Assembly (NCBI RefSeq): GCF_006345805.1
Contig: NC_043022.1
Coordinates: forward strand, 4,588,001 to 4,652,000
Length of the DNA: 64,000 bases
Direction of reading: 5' to 3'
DNA from: Octopus sinensis
Lineage: Eukaryota
A model generated the notes under the pieces. That model saw nothing but the letters and a program-made list of their open reading frames with translations. It was not told the origin of the DNA and ran no database searches. A program made the translations under genes and the position numbers. Positions 1 through 13,029 of this stretch are shown here, in pieces (within the stretch, counting starts at the first letter, position 1; each line of letters begins with the position of its first letter).

Positions 1-294
1 GAAACTTGATGACACACACACATAGCCCAATGTCATAATTCAAACTAACGCAGCGAAAATTTTGAAATGTTCCCCCCCAGTTCTGAAAAAAATCGATAAA
101 TTCGACATGGGGTCGAGAATCAGAAACACAAACCGCAAACTGTCTAGGGGACGCAACTCCACCTTTTTTAACTAAAAATAAAAATTTACCATCATTTTTT
201 TCCATTTTTTTGTTATTTTTTGGCTATAACTCTCTAAAAATGCTTTATAGTAATTTCCCTTACAAACCTGAGCAACGCCGGGCGATACTGCTAG
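1..294 (+). mobile_element. Non-autonomous Helitron, 3' part
   Basis: Ends in hairpin CCTGAGCAACGCCGGG, then CTAG (291-294) followed by T; 3' ~120 bp shared with copies at 6009 and 37956. Confidence 0.75.
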
Positions 295-436
295 TCCATA
301 CTAAGATAATTCATTCAACTACTTATATATATATATATATAATATATATATAATTAAAAAGTAATGTGAAAATACATTACAGAAGATATATTATAAACAA
401 TTAATAATTAATTATGAATATATCAATGACATAAAT

Positions 437-530
437 AATTATTAATCTGAAAGAAGCGGCCCAGGATAGAACTGACTGGAGGACACTGATCCAATGAGTG
501 ACCGAGAGTTGACTTCGACTGAGCGGATAA
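437..530 (+). mobile_element. RTE/BovB-like LINE 3' tip
   Basis: Nearly identical to 15850-15932 (…gagagttgacttcgactgagcggata). Confidence 0.75.
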
Positions 531-694
531 ATATATATCAAGTGGCCAAACATGTTATCATAAAATACATAGAAATAGAATGCTTATAATTATGAGCAAG
601 TCACAATTATAACTAAGACGGTTTCGAAAACCCTTATATGTTTAGAAATAGCAGCGAAAACCACTATAAAGCCATACACAAATCTATAAATATA

Positions 695-800
695 TGTGAA
701 TCTGAGAGGAGGGGAATATGTTGGATAAAGTCATAATTAACTGATCCTCATCCTGTATTTCCTTTAAACCCAAACCCAGAGACTTTTGAGTAACCCCCTA
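695..800 (+). mobile_element. Mariner 3' end and TIR remnant
   Basis: gtgaatctgagaggaggggaatatgttggataa resembles the mariner C-terminus (KCVxLxGxYVE*); ends …acttttgagtaaccccc-TA. Paralogous piece at 1380-1480. Confidence 0.55.
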
Positions 801-988
801 TATCTATCTATCTGTCTGTCTGTCTATCAATCTATCTATGTACCTATCTAATCTATCTATCTATCTATCTTATCTGTCTATCCATCTATCTATCTGTCTG
901 TCTGTCTATCTGTCTCTCTATCTTTCTATGTGCCTATCTATCTATCTATCTATCTGTCTGTCTGTCTGTTTGTCTATCTATATCTATA

Positions 989-1055
<67 letters not shown>

Positions 1056-1145
1056 ATATATATATATATATATATATCTGCCTGTCTGTCTATATCTATC
1101 TATCTATATCTATCTTTCTATCCATCTATCTATCTATCTATCTAC

Positions 1146-1195
<50 letters not shown>

Positions 1196-1250
1196 GTATC
1201 TATCTATCTATCTGTCTATCCATCTATCTATCTGTCTGTCTGTCTGTTTT
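800..1250. repeat. (CTAT)n/(CTGT)n/(CT)n compound microsatellite
   Basis: Direct inspection. Confidence 0.95.
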
Positions 1251-1374
1251 TGTTTACCCAAAGCTGGGAACTTTTGAGCACCCTTTCGTGTGTGTGCATA
1301 AACAGGAGGAGATGCTAAAATGTCCCTGGCTTTAAGGGTATTGTGAAAGGTCCAGTTGAAAGCTCAACCTTCTG

Positions 1375-1485
1375 AATTCTTTTACAGGGCTTAGAAAACC
1401 TGAAGGACCCCTACGATAAGTGTGAGAATCTGAGGGAGAAATATTTTGAATAAAATCATAATTAACTGATCCTCATCCTGTAGTT
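1375..1485 (+). mobile_element. Mariner 3' end remnant
   Basis: Translates as LQGLENLKDPYDKCENLREKYFE*; same downstream sequence as 695-770. Confidence 0.55.
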
Positions 1486-1785
1486 TTACAAAAATATCAA
1501 CCTCAGATGAAACTTATCCTTCAGCAGCGGTGAGAATGCTACATGTTCTTTTCTGCCTCATTGGGTTTATCTGTAGCATGTAGCTTCTGTCAGCCACATG
1601 TTATGCATGTCAGCCACATGCACCGGATGCTGCAATACGCAGCTGCCTACTTTAATCTCACACACACATGAGTATGTATCGTTTCTTGACGAGATGAACT
1701 TGTACCTGGGGTTCACGACAGAAGGGGACTGGTTTGCATTTGAATAGGGTGGACAAAGTGATTGGGAAAGGATCAACCTGGTCTA

Positions 1786-2338
1786 CACTACTACCACCAC
1801 CACCACCACCACCACCACCACCACCACCACCACCACCACTACTACTACTACTACAATCACCACTACCACTACAGCTGCCACCACCACCACCACTGCTGCC
1901 ACCACTACTACTACTACCACCACCACAAGTACTGCTGCTGCTGCTGTTGCTACTGCTAATACTACTACTGTAACTACTGCTGCGCTGCTGCTACTACTAC
2001 TACTACAACAAATACTACTACTACTACTACTACCACCACAATCGCTTCCACCACAATCACTTCCACCACAATCACCACTACCACTACCCCCACCAACACC
2101 ACTACTACTACTCTAACACCACTACTGCCACCACCACTGCTGCTGCTACAACTATTACTACCACCACTACCACCACTACCACTAACACCACCACCTGTAC
2201 TGCTGCTGCTGCTACTACTACTACAACTACTACGGCTGCTATTACTACCACCACCACCACCACCACCACCACTACCACCATCACCACCACTACAACCACT
2301 ACCACAATCACCACCACCACCACCACCACCACCACAAT
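1786..2338. repeat. (CAC)/(TAC)/(CTG) trinucleotide compound repeat
   Basis: Direct inspection. Confidence 0.95.
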
Positions 2339-2749
2339 TGGTGACACTATGAGGTTCCAGACCTCCATAGTGCTCTTCGAGTGGCTAAAGTGAATTGAAG
2401 AATTGTCAGTTCTATCAACTGCCAGTAGTAATCCATTTATTGGATTGGTTGACCCCAGACTGACCGTTGACCCCAGAGAGCCTCTTCTGCCCATACTGTG
2501 TTGCGTAGGTTCACCGAAGATTAAATATGCCAAACTCCACAGTTTTCTTCCAGATTCCGCCTACCGAATCCATTCCCAATGCCTCGGATATACTGAGGCT
2601 ATAGTAAAAAGGTGCTTAATCCAAGGAGCTGCACAGTGGGACTGAACCCAGAACCATGTGGCTGGTAAGTTAACTTCTTACAACACTACCACACAGGGGT
2701 GCCTGGGGTGGCACAGCTTGCTGTACCCAAAGCATAGTATTTATATATA

Positions 2750-2883
2750 AGTGTGTGTGTACGTATATGTATCTACACATGCACACACACACACACACAT
2801 ATATATATATACACAAACACACGTATCTACATATGTATGTAATATATATACATCCATACACATGCCACACACACACATATATG

Positions 2884-2928
<45 letters not shown>

Positions 2929-3450
2929 ACATACACATTGACACACATTCCATCATTATTCTAAATACATTCTTCTCCCCACTTCTCAATTACTGAGCCA
3001 CGCATATACACAAACACTTACACACACATATACACATACACACACACACATACACACACACACACGTAAACACAAACACAAAAACACACACATATATATA
3101 CACATATACACACACGCAAACACAAACACACACACACATGCAAACACAAACACACACACACACACGCAAACACAAACACACACACACATGCAAACACAAA
3201 CACACACACACACACACACATGCAAACACAAACACACACACACACACACACGCAAACACACACACACACATATACACACAAACACAAATATATACACATA
3301 CACACACATGCAAACACAAACACACACGCAAACATATACACACACAAACACAAATATATACACATACACACACACACGCAAACACAAACACACACACACA
3401 CACACACACGCAAACACACACACACACACACACACATACACACGTACATA
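2750..3450. repeat. (CA)/(TG)/(CAAA) low-complexity array
   Basis: Direct inspection. Confidence 0.95.
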
Positions 3451-3734
3451 TACAGCCTACCTCAAAGCCACACTAATTCGTTTTGCAAATTAGCATTCCA
3501 GTCTTCACAGCACCAGATTAACAACAGCAGTGCCACCAGAAACCAATTTCCATTCTTCACTCTCTCTTAATACCACAGAACCATTCTCTCCTTCCTCCAC
3601 CTCACGACACACAGACAGAACCAAGCAGACGAAACCAAACCCAACCACTGCAGACAAAAGAAGCAAAGATACAAGAAATAATGATGATGATGACGACCAC
3701 GACGATGATGATGAGGAAGAGGAGGGGGAGGAGT

Positions 3735-3912
3735 ATATGGAACAAATAGGGGCTGCAATGAGGGTGGAGCAGTTGCAGAAAACAGCACTGCTTGGAACCA
3801 CTCGAATACCCTGGATGGTGCTCGAAAAATAAGGGGTGTTACCTTAGTTCACTGGTAGTCAACAGCTGGCACCGTGGTACATCTCCAGCATTAGAAGCTG
3901 TGAAAAGACAAT
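3735..3912 (+). mobile_element. R4/Dong-like (REL endonuclease clade) LINE 3' fragment
   Basis: EYMEQIGAAMRVEQLQKTALLGTTRIPWMVLEK*, short UTR, then (AAT)n; paralog at 49310-49717. Confidence 0.75.
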
Positions 3913-4147
3913 AAATAAATAAATAAATTAATTAATTAATTAATTAATAATTAATAATAATAATAATAATATAATAATAAAATAATGAAAATTAATAATA
4001 ATAAAAAAAAATAATAATAATAAAATATAATAATAATAATAATAATATAATAAAATATAATGAAAATAATAATAATAATGAAAATAATAAAATAATAATA
4101 TATAAATAATAATAATAAAATAATGAAAATAATAATAATAAAATGAA

Positions 4148-4203
<56 letters not shown>

Positions 4204-4214
4204 TAATATAATAA

Positions 4215-4740
4215 TAGTACCAGGCAGTGGCTCTCATGGCTTCTGATCTTAACTGATTGGAAGTGTTATCATGTACAGTGTTTTGTCTTGGTATAAAAGA
4301 TGGGCTACAGCAAATATTCTGCTCAGTACCACAGATTTGCTTGTCAGTTGTTTGACCGTAACCAGTTGAGCATGTCCCTTAGTGGCTGACGATATGTGCA
4401 TCTCTGATCACGAGCAGAAGTAGTGGGGGAGCATCATAGCCATGTGTTGAGAGGAATTCTTTAGAAACATGGGTGGTTCGTTCAACATCCTTAAACAATC
4501 CTTATTCAGGGACGTTTTGAGTGGGATGGGTTACTCGACCAGAAGAAAATTCTAACTGGGCCCCACCTGCAAGGTCATGTGCTGTTTATCTTGATATGAG
4601 ATCACCATGTCACACACATATGGTTGTGATGCACAAGCCTGGTGTACCCTTATCAGACCAGTAGTCATGATGGGTATACTGGGCTTTGTATATTTTACCC
4701 CAGTGTCACTTTGACGGCATTCACTGCTCTTTCACTCAAT
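4215..4740. mobile_element. Unassigned probable interspersed repeat embedded in (AAT)n
   Basis: ~520-bp complex sequence flanked on both sides by (AAT)n tracts; single copy in the window, family not determined. Confidence 0.3.
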
Positions 4741-4756
4741 AGTAGTGATGATGATG

Positions 4757-4798
<42 letters not shown>

Positions 4799-4799
4799 T

Positions 4800-5035
4800 A
4801 ATAATAATAATCGTTTCTACTCTAGGCACAAGGCCTGAAATTTTTGGTGGGGGCAGCCAGACAATTAGATCGACCCCAGTACGCAACTGGTACCTAATTT
4901 ATCGACCCTGAAAGGATGAAAGGCAAAGTTGACCTCAGTAGAATTTGAACTCAAAATGTAGCGATGGGTGAAATGTCGCTAAGCATTTTGTCCAGTACAT
5001 AGCGATTCTGCCAGCTCACCAGCTTACTACTACTA
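4800..5035 (-). mobile_element. SINE-E1 (tRNA-like head, (TTA)n tail)
   Basis: Matches copies at 5125-5325, 44690-44898, 49735-49960; minus-strand B-box-like GAGTTCAAATTC. Confidence 0.75.
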
Positions 5036-5067
5036 CTACCACTACTACTACTACTACCACCACCACC

Positions 5068-5105
<38 letters not shown>

Positions 5106-5344
5106 CACTACTACCACCACTAATAATAATAATAATAATAATCCTATCTAATGTATGTACAATGCCTGAAAGTTTTGGGGGAGGAGACTAGTTGAGTATA
5201 TCAACCCCAGTGTTTCACTGGTACTTGATTTATCAACTCCAAAAGGATGATAGGCAAATTTGAACAGTCGGAATACCACTAAGCATTTCACCCGGCATGC
5301 TAACATTTCTGCCAGCTCACTGCCTTAATAATAATAATAATAAT

Positions 5345-5394
<50 letters not shown>

Positions 5395-5408
5395 GCAATA
5401 ATAATAGC

Positions 5409-5440
<32 letters not shown>

Positions 5441-5443
<3 letters not shown>

Positions 5444-6008
5444 TGACCACATCTCACTCCTCTAGAACTTCACCATTCAAACTGACAGAAAGATAGATGC
5501 AAATAAGCCAGACATCATATTGAAAGACTTCAGACAAAGAACATGCCTCCTCATTGATATGACTGTCCCAATCGATATAAACGTATCTGTCAAGACCTAC
5601 CAAAAACTGAGCAAATATAAAGATCTTGAAATAGAAATCAGCAAAATGTGGAACCTGAAGACTAAAACAATACCTGTTGTCATAGGTGCCCTGGGAATGA
5701 TAGCAAAAGGGGCTGATTGCTACCTAACTCAGATACCAGGAAACCCCAAAATGGCAGAAATTCAAAAGTTAGTGCTCATGGAAACTGCCCATATCCTACA
5801 CAAAATACTTTCTATGTAATCTCAAGTTTTAAAACAAACATAATTTTTGTATGGTTTTTTAGGCATTCACTAGTACAACACTAAATACAAAACCAAATAT
5901 ATGGCACCCTAGGCATAACACCAACATGAACTTCCAACTTGTTGTCTCTTGAGGTCTCTGGGTGAGACTTCGAGCCAACTTGTACAAATGTAAAGCAAAA
6001 GTCAAACA
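5441..6008 (+). mobile_element. R4/Dong-like LINE 3' fragment with REL endonuclease motif
   Basis: FTIQTDRKIDANKPDII…IDMTVP…KYKDLEIEISKMW…PVVIGALG…ETAHILHKILSM* (PD-(D/E)xK type); preceded by (AAT)n, (TAA)n tail resumes at 6403 after a Helitron. Confidence 0.85.
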
Positions 6009-6402
6009 TCTTTATATATAAAACTGTAGTTGTGTGAGTGTCTGTCCCCTTCGATTTAGATTCCTAACTACTCCCACATTTTGCGGTGCAGTTTAACCAA
6101 AACCAGGTATCTTATAGTCGTGATTCATATCGAGCCCTTCTGGGTATTAGCGCTTGTCTACGATGAGTCAACGATTTAAAAAATAATTTACCATCATTTT
6201 TTTCCATTTTCATGCATATTTTTTTAAAGGGATGTAACTCTCTAAAAATGTCTACGATGAGTCAACGGTTTAAAAAAAAATTTACCATCATATTTTTTCC
6301 ATTTTTAATGCATTTTTTTGCTATTTTTTGGCTATAACTCTCTAAAAATGCTGTATAGTTATTTCCCTTACAAACCCGAGCAACGCCGGGCGATACTGCT
6401 AG
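6009..6402 (+). mobile_element. Complete non-autonomous Helitron
   Basis: 5' TCTTTATATATAAAA, 3' hairpin CCCGAGCAACGCCGGG plus CTAG; inserted between A6008 and T6403 without TSD. Confidence 0.85.
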
Positions 6403-6662
6403 TATAATAATAATAATAATAATGATATTTATTATCATGACTAGAAAGTAAAAGTCTCCCTAGCAATATTTGAACCCGAGACTCTTTTCTCATAACTCCA
6501 ACCTGTGTTCTATGTTCTTTCGTGCAGCCCCCCAAACACCCACCCGCTTCCTCTTCTGCTCCGTTATTCCTCCTCCAAATATAAATGGTAAATGTCTTTT
6601 CATGTTGCTGTGATCTGATTGTTCTGCAAACTTCCAAAGTCCTCCATTCTTTGTGTCCAGGA

Positions 6663-6732
6663 ATCGCCATGGCAACACTCCCCCCCCCCCCCGCCATCGT
6701 CCCCAACGGACTGTTACACCACTAGGTGGCTC
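6663..6732. promoter_or_regulatory. Candidate RFX X-box plus CTCF-like site
   Basis: ATCGCCATGGCAAC (12/14 to GTTGCCATGGCAAC) at 6663-6676; CCACTAGGTGGC at 6719-6730, in non-repetitive DNA. Confidence 0.3.
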
Positions 6733-6984
6733 TGCATGGCGCTAGGAATATTATCTTTACAAGCTAAGCATGATGGGTAATTTTGTTTTTGCAACATACA
6801 ACAGCATTATGTTGCCTGTTTCTGATTGGGTACAGGATTATGTATGCATTGATGCCTTTCAGCTCATTTGAACCTGGAACCAGGCAGTTGAGAAACAAGC
6901 TTCTTACCACTACAGATATGCCTGTGGCCATTCTATGTACATCAGTGTTTTCAGCACACACGCATATACACACATCGTCATCAT

Positions 6985-7395
6985 CAGGGTAAAGCGTAAA
7001 GACCCCCTTCAGTCATGAATGACCATGGGATTGCACCTAGAAAGTTCCCCTCTGAGGTACAAGCCCAGGCAAGGTTGTTTATGGAAGACCAGCAGTCACC
7101 CTTCTTCACACCATTATAGGTACATAGGGTAAAGGGGAATGACCATGGGATTGCACCTAGATGGTTCTCCTCTGAGGTACAAGCCCAGGCAAGGTTGTTT
7201 ATGGAAGACCAGAAGTCACCCATGCATAAAAGCCTCTTCAAAGGGAAAGCAAAGGGGCCAGTGCAGTTTCGCACCAGTGATGTTGCAACTCATTTCTACG
7301 GCTGAGTGAACTGGAACAACGTGAAATGAAGTGTCTTGCTCAAGAACACAATGCATCACCCGATCCAGGAATTGAACTCATTACCTCATGAACTA
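6985..7395 (-). mobile_element. SINE-C with internally duplicated tail
   Basis: Reverse complement of 50455-50800; ~100-bp tail segment repeated (7015-7121, 7135-7221). Confidence 0.7.
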
Positions 7396-7461
7396 CAATG
7401 GCTCCATTGTTTGTTCTGGCATAGTCTCATATACACAATTATAAATACACACAATTACATA

Positions 7462-7507
<46 letters not shown>

Positions 7508-7668
7508 TATACACACACACAATTACATATATACATGCACACACACAACATATATATGCATATATACATACACATATATGTATATAACATATGTGTTTAT
7601 ATATATATGTGTGTGTGTATATATATATGTATATATATATATACATATATATACATATACATTATATT

Positions 7669-7717
<49 letters not shown>

Positions 7718-7718
7718 T

Positions 7719-7765
<47 letters not shown>

Positions 7766-8337
7766 CACACACATGAATTTTCAAAGCAATTTTAATGCTT
7801 ATTGTGGAGATTATTGTGATATTTTAAGATTATCAAAGGCTTGCTGTAGCATTCATGTATCCTTGGGCAAGATATTCCACTCCACTTGTTTATCAACACA
7901 AATCTTCCTTTCATCTATTACTGGAAACCTCTCCTAATGTCATTACTTAATCACGTGCTAATGAAGGAGCCACTGTTTGATCATTTCTCTTGCAAGAAAT
8001 AGCAGCCACATTACCCTCAGAATCGCACACAGTTGCCTATATTGTCTTTTATTGTTTTGTTTTTGTTTTTTTTACCTTTAACATTTTTCAGTCAGAGGGC
8101 CGTGACCATGCTGGGGCACTGCATTGAAGGGTTGTGTAAATTGGTTCTAGTATTAATTCTTAACTTGGCACTTATTCTATCTGTTAAATTGTGGAGATGC
8201 AAACAAACCAACAGCGGTTCTTAAGCAGTAGTGAGGGACAAACACAAAGACACACGTACATATATAATGGACTTCCACATAGTTTCCATCTACTGAACTC
8301 ACTTACAAGGCATTGGTCAGTTGGTTATCTCAGAGCT

Positions 8338-8395
<58 letters not shown>

Positions 8396-8598
8396 GTATA
8401 TATATATAAAAATTCAGGTTGAATACTTGATAGTTGTAAGCACCTGTATATACCATCTAGTGGTGTAGGTGATAGGGTATATTAATCAAAATAAAAACAT
8501 GATTCAAAGGATTTAGCGGTACATATGTTTCGGGCCTTTATTAGACGGTTTTATAACAACGCATAATTGATGTAAATGTGTAATATATATATATATAT

Positions 8599-8975
8599 GA
8601 AGCACTCCGTCGGTTACGACGATGAGGGTTCCGGTTGATCCGATCAACGGAACAGCCTGCTCGTGAAATTAACGTGTAAGTGGCTGAGCACTCCACAGAC
8701 ACGTGTACCCTTAACGTAGTTCTCAGGGATATTCAGCGTGACACAGAGAGTGACAAGGCCGGCCCTTTGAAATACAGGTACAACAGAAACAGGAAGTAAG
8801 AGTGAGAGAAAGTTGTGGTGAAAGAGTACAGCAGGATCACCACCATCCTGCAGGAGCCTCGTGGAGCTTTAGGTGTTTTCGCTCAATAAACACTCACAAC
8901 GCCCGGTCTGGGAATTGAAACCGCGATCCTACGACCGCGAGTCCGCAAGCCCTAACCACGGGCCATTGCGCCTCC
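8599..8975 (-). mobile_element. SINE-B, full length
   Basis: Minus strand head GGAGGCGCAATGGCCCGTGGTTAGG…GGTTTCAATTCCC (A/B-box-like); near-identical copies at 21749, 44258, 57758. Confidence 0.85.
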
Positions 8976-9011
8976 ACAAATGTATGTATATATACATACA
9001 TCTATATATAT

Positions 9012-9044
<33 letters not shown>

Positions 9045-9046
9045 CA

Positions 9047-9093
<47 letters not shown>

Positions 9094-9095
9094 AC

Positions 9096-9138
<43 letters not shown>

Positions 9139-9297
9139 CATATATATACACATATATATATATATATATACAATAATATATATATATTCACACTATATAT
9201 AATATATATACACATATATATATACATATATATATATATATTGATCAGACCTCATATATATGTGTGTGTATATATATATATACATATATATATATGC

Positions 9298-9328
<31 letters not shown>

Positions 9329-9405
9329 TATACATATACATATATATATATTACATATATATTATAATATATATACATATATATAGATATATAGATAAAC
9401 ATATA

Positions 9406-9443
<38 letters not shown>

Positions 9444-9540
9444 AATTATATACATACATATTATATATATACATACATATATATATATATTATATATATA
9501 TAATACATATACCACACATACATTTATATATACATATATA

Positions 9541-10414
9541 CGAGGTCTGATCAATAAGTATCCGGACTATTGCCATAGTAACGAAGCTAAAGCACACAGA
9601 ATGAAGCCACTTGGCACAGATTAACCTTGAACTCTGCTGTGCTGACACACTAAGTGTTAACGTTCTAGCTCACTTCTGCTGTTTACAGCAGTGCTTGGAA
9701 GGAAGGTGTGTAGTGTGCAATTGTCACATTGACCATGACAGAGGAAGTTGAGCAGAGAATCTGCATCAAATTTTGCCCAAAACTTAGCGATACCTACTCA
9801 GAGGCCAACGCAAAGTTTTCAAAAAGTTTTCATTGTTCTCAACACAATCAAGAAGATCTTGTGCTTCTTTTTGGCCAACTGAAAGCAGTTTCGGCACAAA
9901 CTTGGCAGACTCGCATCTCATACCCAAATCTTTGGTGATAATGGACTGAACTGAACCGTAACTAATCTGCACATCCTCTGATAACTCATGGATGGTGATT
10001 TGACAATTTCCCCACACAGATGCAAGCCCATCTGTGAGGTTTTTCTCAGTTCTGCTGGTTACGGGTCTCCCAGAACATTCGTCAATATCAAAATTTTTCA
10101 GCCATCTTGGAAACCTCTAAACCACTCCTACACTTGTGTGTGGCTCACACTCTCCTCTCCATACACTTTCTGCAGCTTTGCATCAGCCTCTGAGCAGGTA
10201 TTGCCGTAACAACTTTTTGTCATCAATGCGACAATCACACGCTACACACCTTCCTTCCAAGCACTGCTGTAAACAGCGCAAGTGAACTAGAATGTTAAAA
10301 CTCAGTGCACAGACACAGAAGAGTTCAAGGTCAATCTGTGCCAAGTGGCTTCACTCTGTGTGCTTTAGCTTCGTTACTATAGCAACAGACCGGATACTTA
10401 TTGATCAGACCACG
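9541..10414. mobile_element. Non-autonomous mariner made of two inverted 5' ends
   Basis: TIR cgaggtctgatcaataagtatccgg at both ends, left TA; + arm MTEEVEQRICIKFC, - arm …ESAKFVPKLLS…ENNENFLK (mariner linker). Confidence 0.8.
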
Positions 10415-10439
10415 TGTATGTATGTGTGTATATATATAT

Positions 10440-10849
10440 ACTCTTACTCTTTTACTTGTTTCAGTCCTTTGACTGCAGCCATGCTGGAGTACTGCCTTTA
10501 ATCGAGCAACTTGACCCCGGGACTTATTCTTTTGTAAGCCCAGTACTTATTCTATCGGTCTCTTTTGCCAAACCGCTAAGTAACGGGGACATAAACACAC
10601 CAGCATCGGTTGTCAAGCAATGCTAGGGGGGTAAACACAGATACACAAACACACACACGCATATATATCTATATATACATATATACGACGGGCTTCTTTC
10701 AGTTTCCGTCTACCAAATCCACTCACAAGGCTTTGGTTGGCCCGAGGCTATAGTAGAAGACACTTGCCCAAGGTGCCACGCAGTGGGACTGAACCTGGAA
10801 CCATGTGGTTGGTAAACAAGCTACTTACCACACAGCTACTCCTGTGCCC
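10440..10849 (-). mobile_element. SINE-A, full length
   Basis: tRNA-like head (TGGCTGTGTGGT A box, GGTTCAGTCCC B box in the family consensus), central (CA)/(TA) tract, (TAAAAGAG)n tail. Confidence 0.9.
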
Positions 10850-11069
10850 GTATATATATATAAAGTCTGATCAAAAAGTATCCAGGCTGTTATTATAGAG
10901 TGTGTATTGCTCGCAATGAGGAGTAGATGGACAGCCAACAACTGATGAAGGGTCGTTCTTTATGTTACTTGTATTGTTTTCCATTTGATTCTCTTGTTGC
11001 TCGCAGACTCGAGTTTATCTTTACATTTCATGTTATTTACGTTTCGTGATGTCCTGTATCCCTATATGC

Positions 11070-11258
11070 ATGGCATGTAAAAAGCATCCACTACACTCTC
11101 GGAGTGGTTAGCGTTAGGAAGGGCATCCAGATGTAGAAACACTGCCAGATCAGACTGAAGCCTGGTGCTACCTTCTGGCTTGCCAGTCCTCAATCAAACC
11201 ATCCAACCCATGCCAGCATGGAAAGCGGACATTAAATGACGACGACGGTGATGATGAT
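11070..11258 (+). mobile_element. RTE LINE 3' UTR fragment (family D)
   Basis: gcgttaggaagggcatccag…aacccatgccagcatggaaagcggacattaaatga(tga)n. Confidence 0.7.
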
Positions 11259-11674
11259 ATAAGTATATATGTACATATGTGAATGTATATATGCATATAT
11301 ATATATATATATATACACTCACACACGGGCACACACACACACGATGGGATTCTTCAAGTTTCTGTCTATCAAATCCACTCACAAGTCTTTGGTTGGCCCA
11401 AGGCTATAGTAGAAGACACTTGCCTCTGAGGTGCCATGCAGTGGGACTGAACCTGGAACCAGGTGGTTACAATGCCAACCTCTTAACCACACGGCCATGC
11501 CTGCATCTGTGGAAAAGAATAAAAAGCGAAAGGACAAACCAGAGTAAAATGATGAAGGGTGCAGCCCTTCACATAGGTTAAATATCAGTGAAGGGCAAAC
11601 ACAAGCGTGCACGCACACACACACATGTACACATGCACAAATATACACATGTGCATATCACACACACATGCACA

Positions 11675-12108
11675 TACTCTTTACTCTTTACTCTTTACTC
11701 TTTACTCTTTTACTCTTTTACATGTTTCAGTCATTTGACTGCGGCCATGCTGGAGCACCGCCTTTAGTCGAGCAAATCGACCCCGGGACTTATTCTTTGT
11801 AAGCCCAGTACTTATTCTATCGGTCTCTTTTTGCCGAACCGCTAAGTAACGGGGACATAAACACACCAGCATTGGTTGTCAAGCAATGCTAGGGGGACAA
11901 ACACACACACACAAACACACACATATACACACATATATACATATATACGACAGGCTTCTTTCAGTTTCCGTCTACCAAATCCACTCACAAGGCTTTGGTC
12001 GGCCCGGGGCTATAGCAGAAGACACCTGCCCAAGATGCCACGCAGTGGGACTGAACCCAGAACCATGTGGTTGGTTAGCAAGCTACTTACCACACAGCCA
12101 CTCCTGAG
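11675..12108 (-). mobile_element. SINE-A, full length
   Basis: Same as 10440-10849. Confidence 0.9.
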
Positions 12109-12130
12109 CATGTGCACACACACACACACA

Positions 12131-12447
12131 ACTCCTCGACTCCTCCATTTACAAGCAAAACACTGTTGACCACAGGTCTGCTGGACCAAGGATGACCCAT
12201 GGCTACACAACACAGCTACCACCATCCACAACTGAAGACAGATTCTTTCCTCTTCAGCCAAGTCCTCATCGACTTTTTCAGGCTCCACTTGAAAGGAAAG
12301 TGAGGACGGAGAGGGAAGTATGCACCCCCGCCACACACACACACACACACCTAGTATTTTTATTGAGAAGTGGGTGAATGTGGCAAGGATGGCCCATGTG
12401 AATGGGGCCTACTCTGAACATACGCTTGTAAATGGAGGAGTCGAAGT
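12131..12447 (+). mobile_element. Tx1/L1-like LINE 3' remnant flanked by an inverted repeat
   Basis: FFRLHLKGKVRTEREV…IEKWVNVARMAHVN aligns with FFKYHLKKKVRVERQV…KKRWVNVARMARMN at 36930-37040. Confidence 0.75.
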
Positions 12448-13029
12448 GTTGTGTGTGTACGTGTGTGTGTGTGTGTACGTGTGTGTGCACATGTGTGTGT
12501 GTACGTGTGTGTGCACGTGTGTGTGTGCACATGTGAGTGTGTGCACGTGTGTGTGTGCACGTGTGTGTGTGCATGTGAGTGGGTATGTGCACGTGTGTGT
12601 GCGTGTGTGTGCGTGCATGTGTGTATGTGTGCACGTGAGTGTGTGTGTACACGTGTATGTGTGCGCACATGTGTGTGTGCGTGCTTGTGTTTGTCCTCCA
12701 CCAACATTTAACATTTGGTGCACGTTTGTTTAGGCCCTTGTAACATAACAGTTCAGCAAAAGAGACTGATAGAATAAGTACCAGGTTTTTAAAAAAAAAG
12801 GGGAAGAACTGAGGTTGATTCGTTTAACTAAAACCCTTCAAACCTGTGCCCCAGCAGGGCCTCAGTCCAATGACTGAAACAAGTAAAAAGATTTTAAAAA
12901 AGTAAAAAAGATAATTAGGGATTTGTTAATTGGCCAATTTTTGTTGTCAGTGCTCTTGGTTGAGGCATGAACATCACAACAACTTGCCTCTTCTACGTAT
13001 CTGAGATGAGTGGATGGGGAGTAAAAGAG

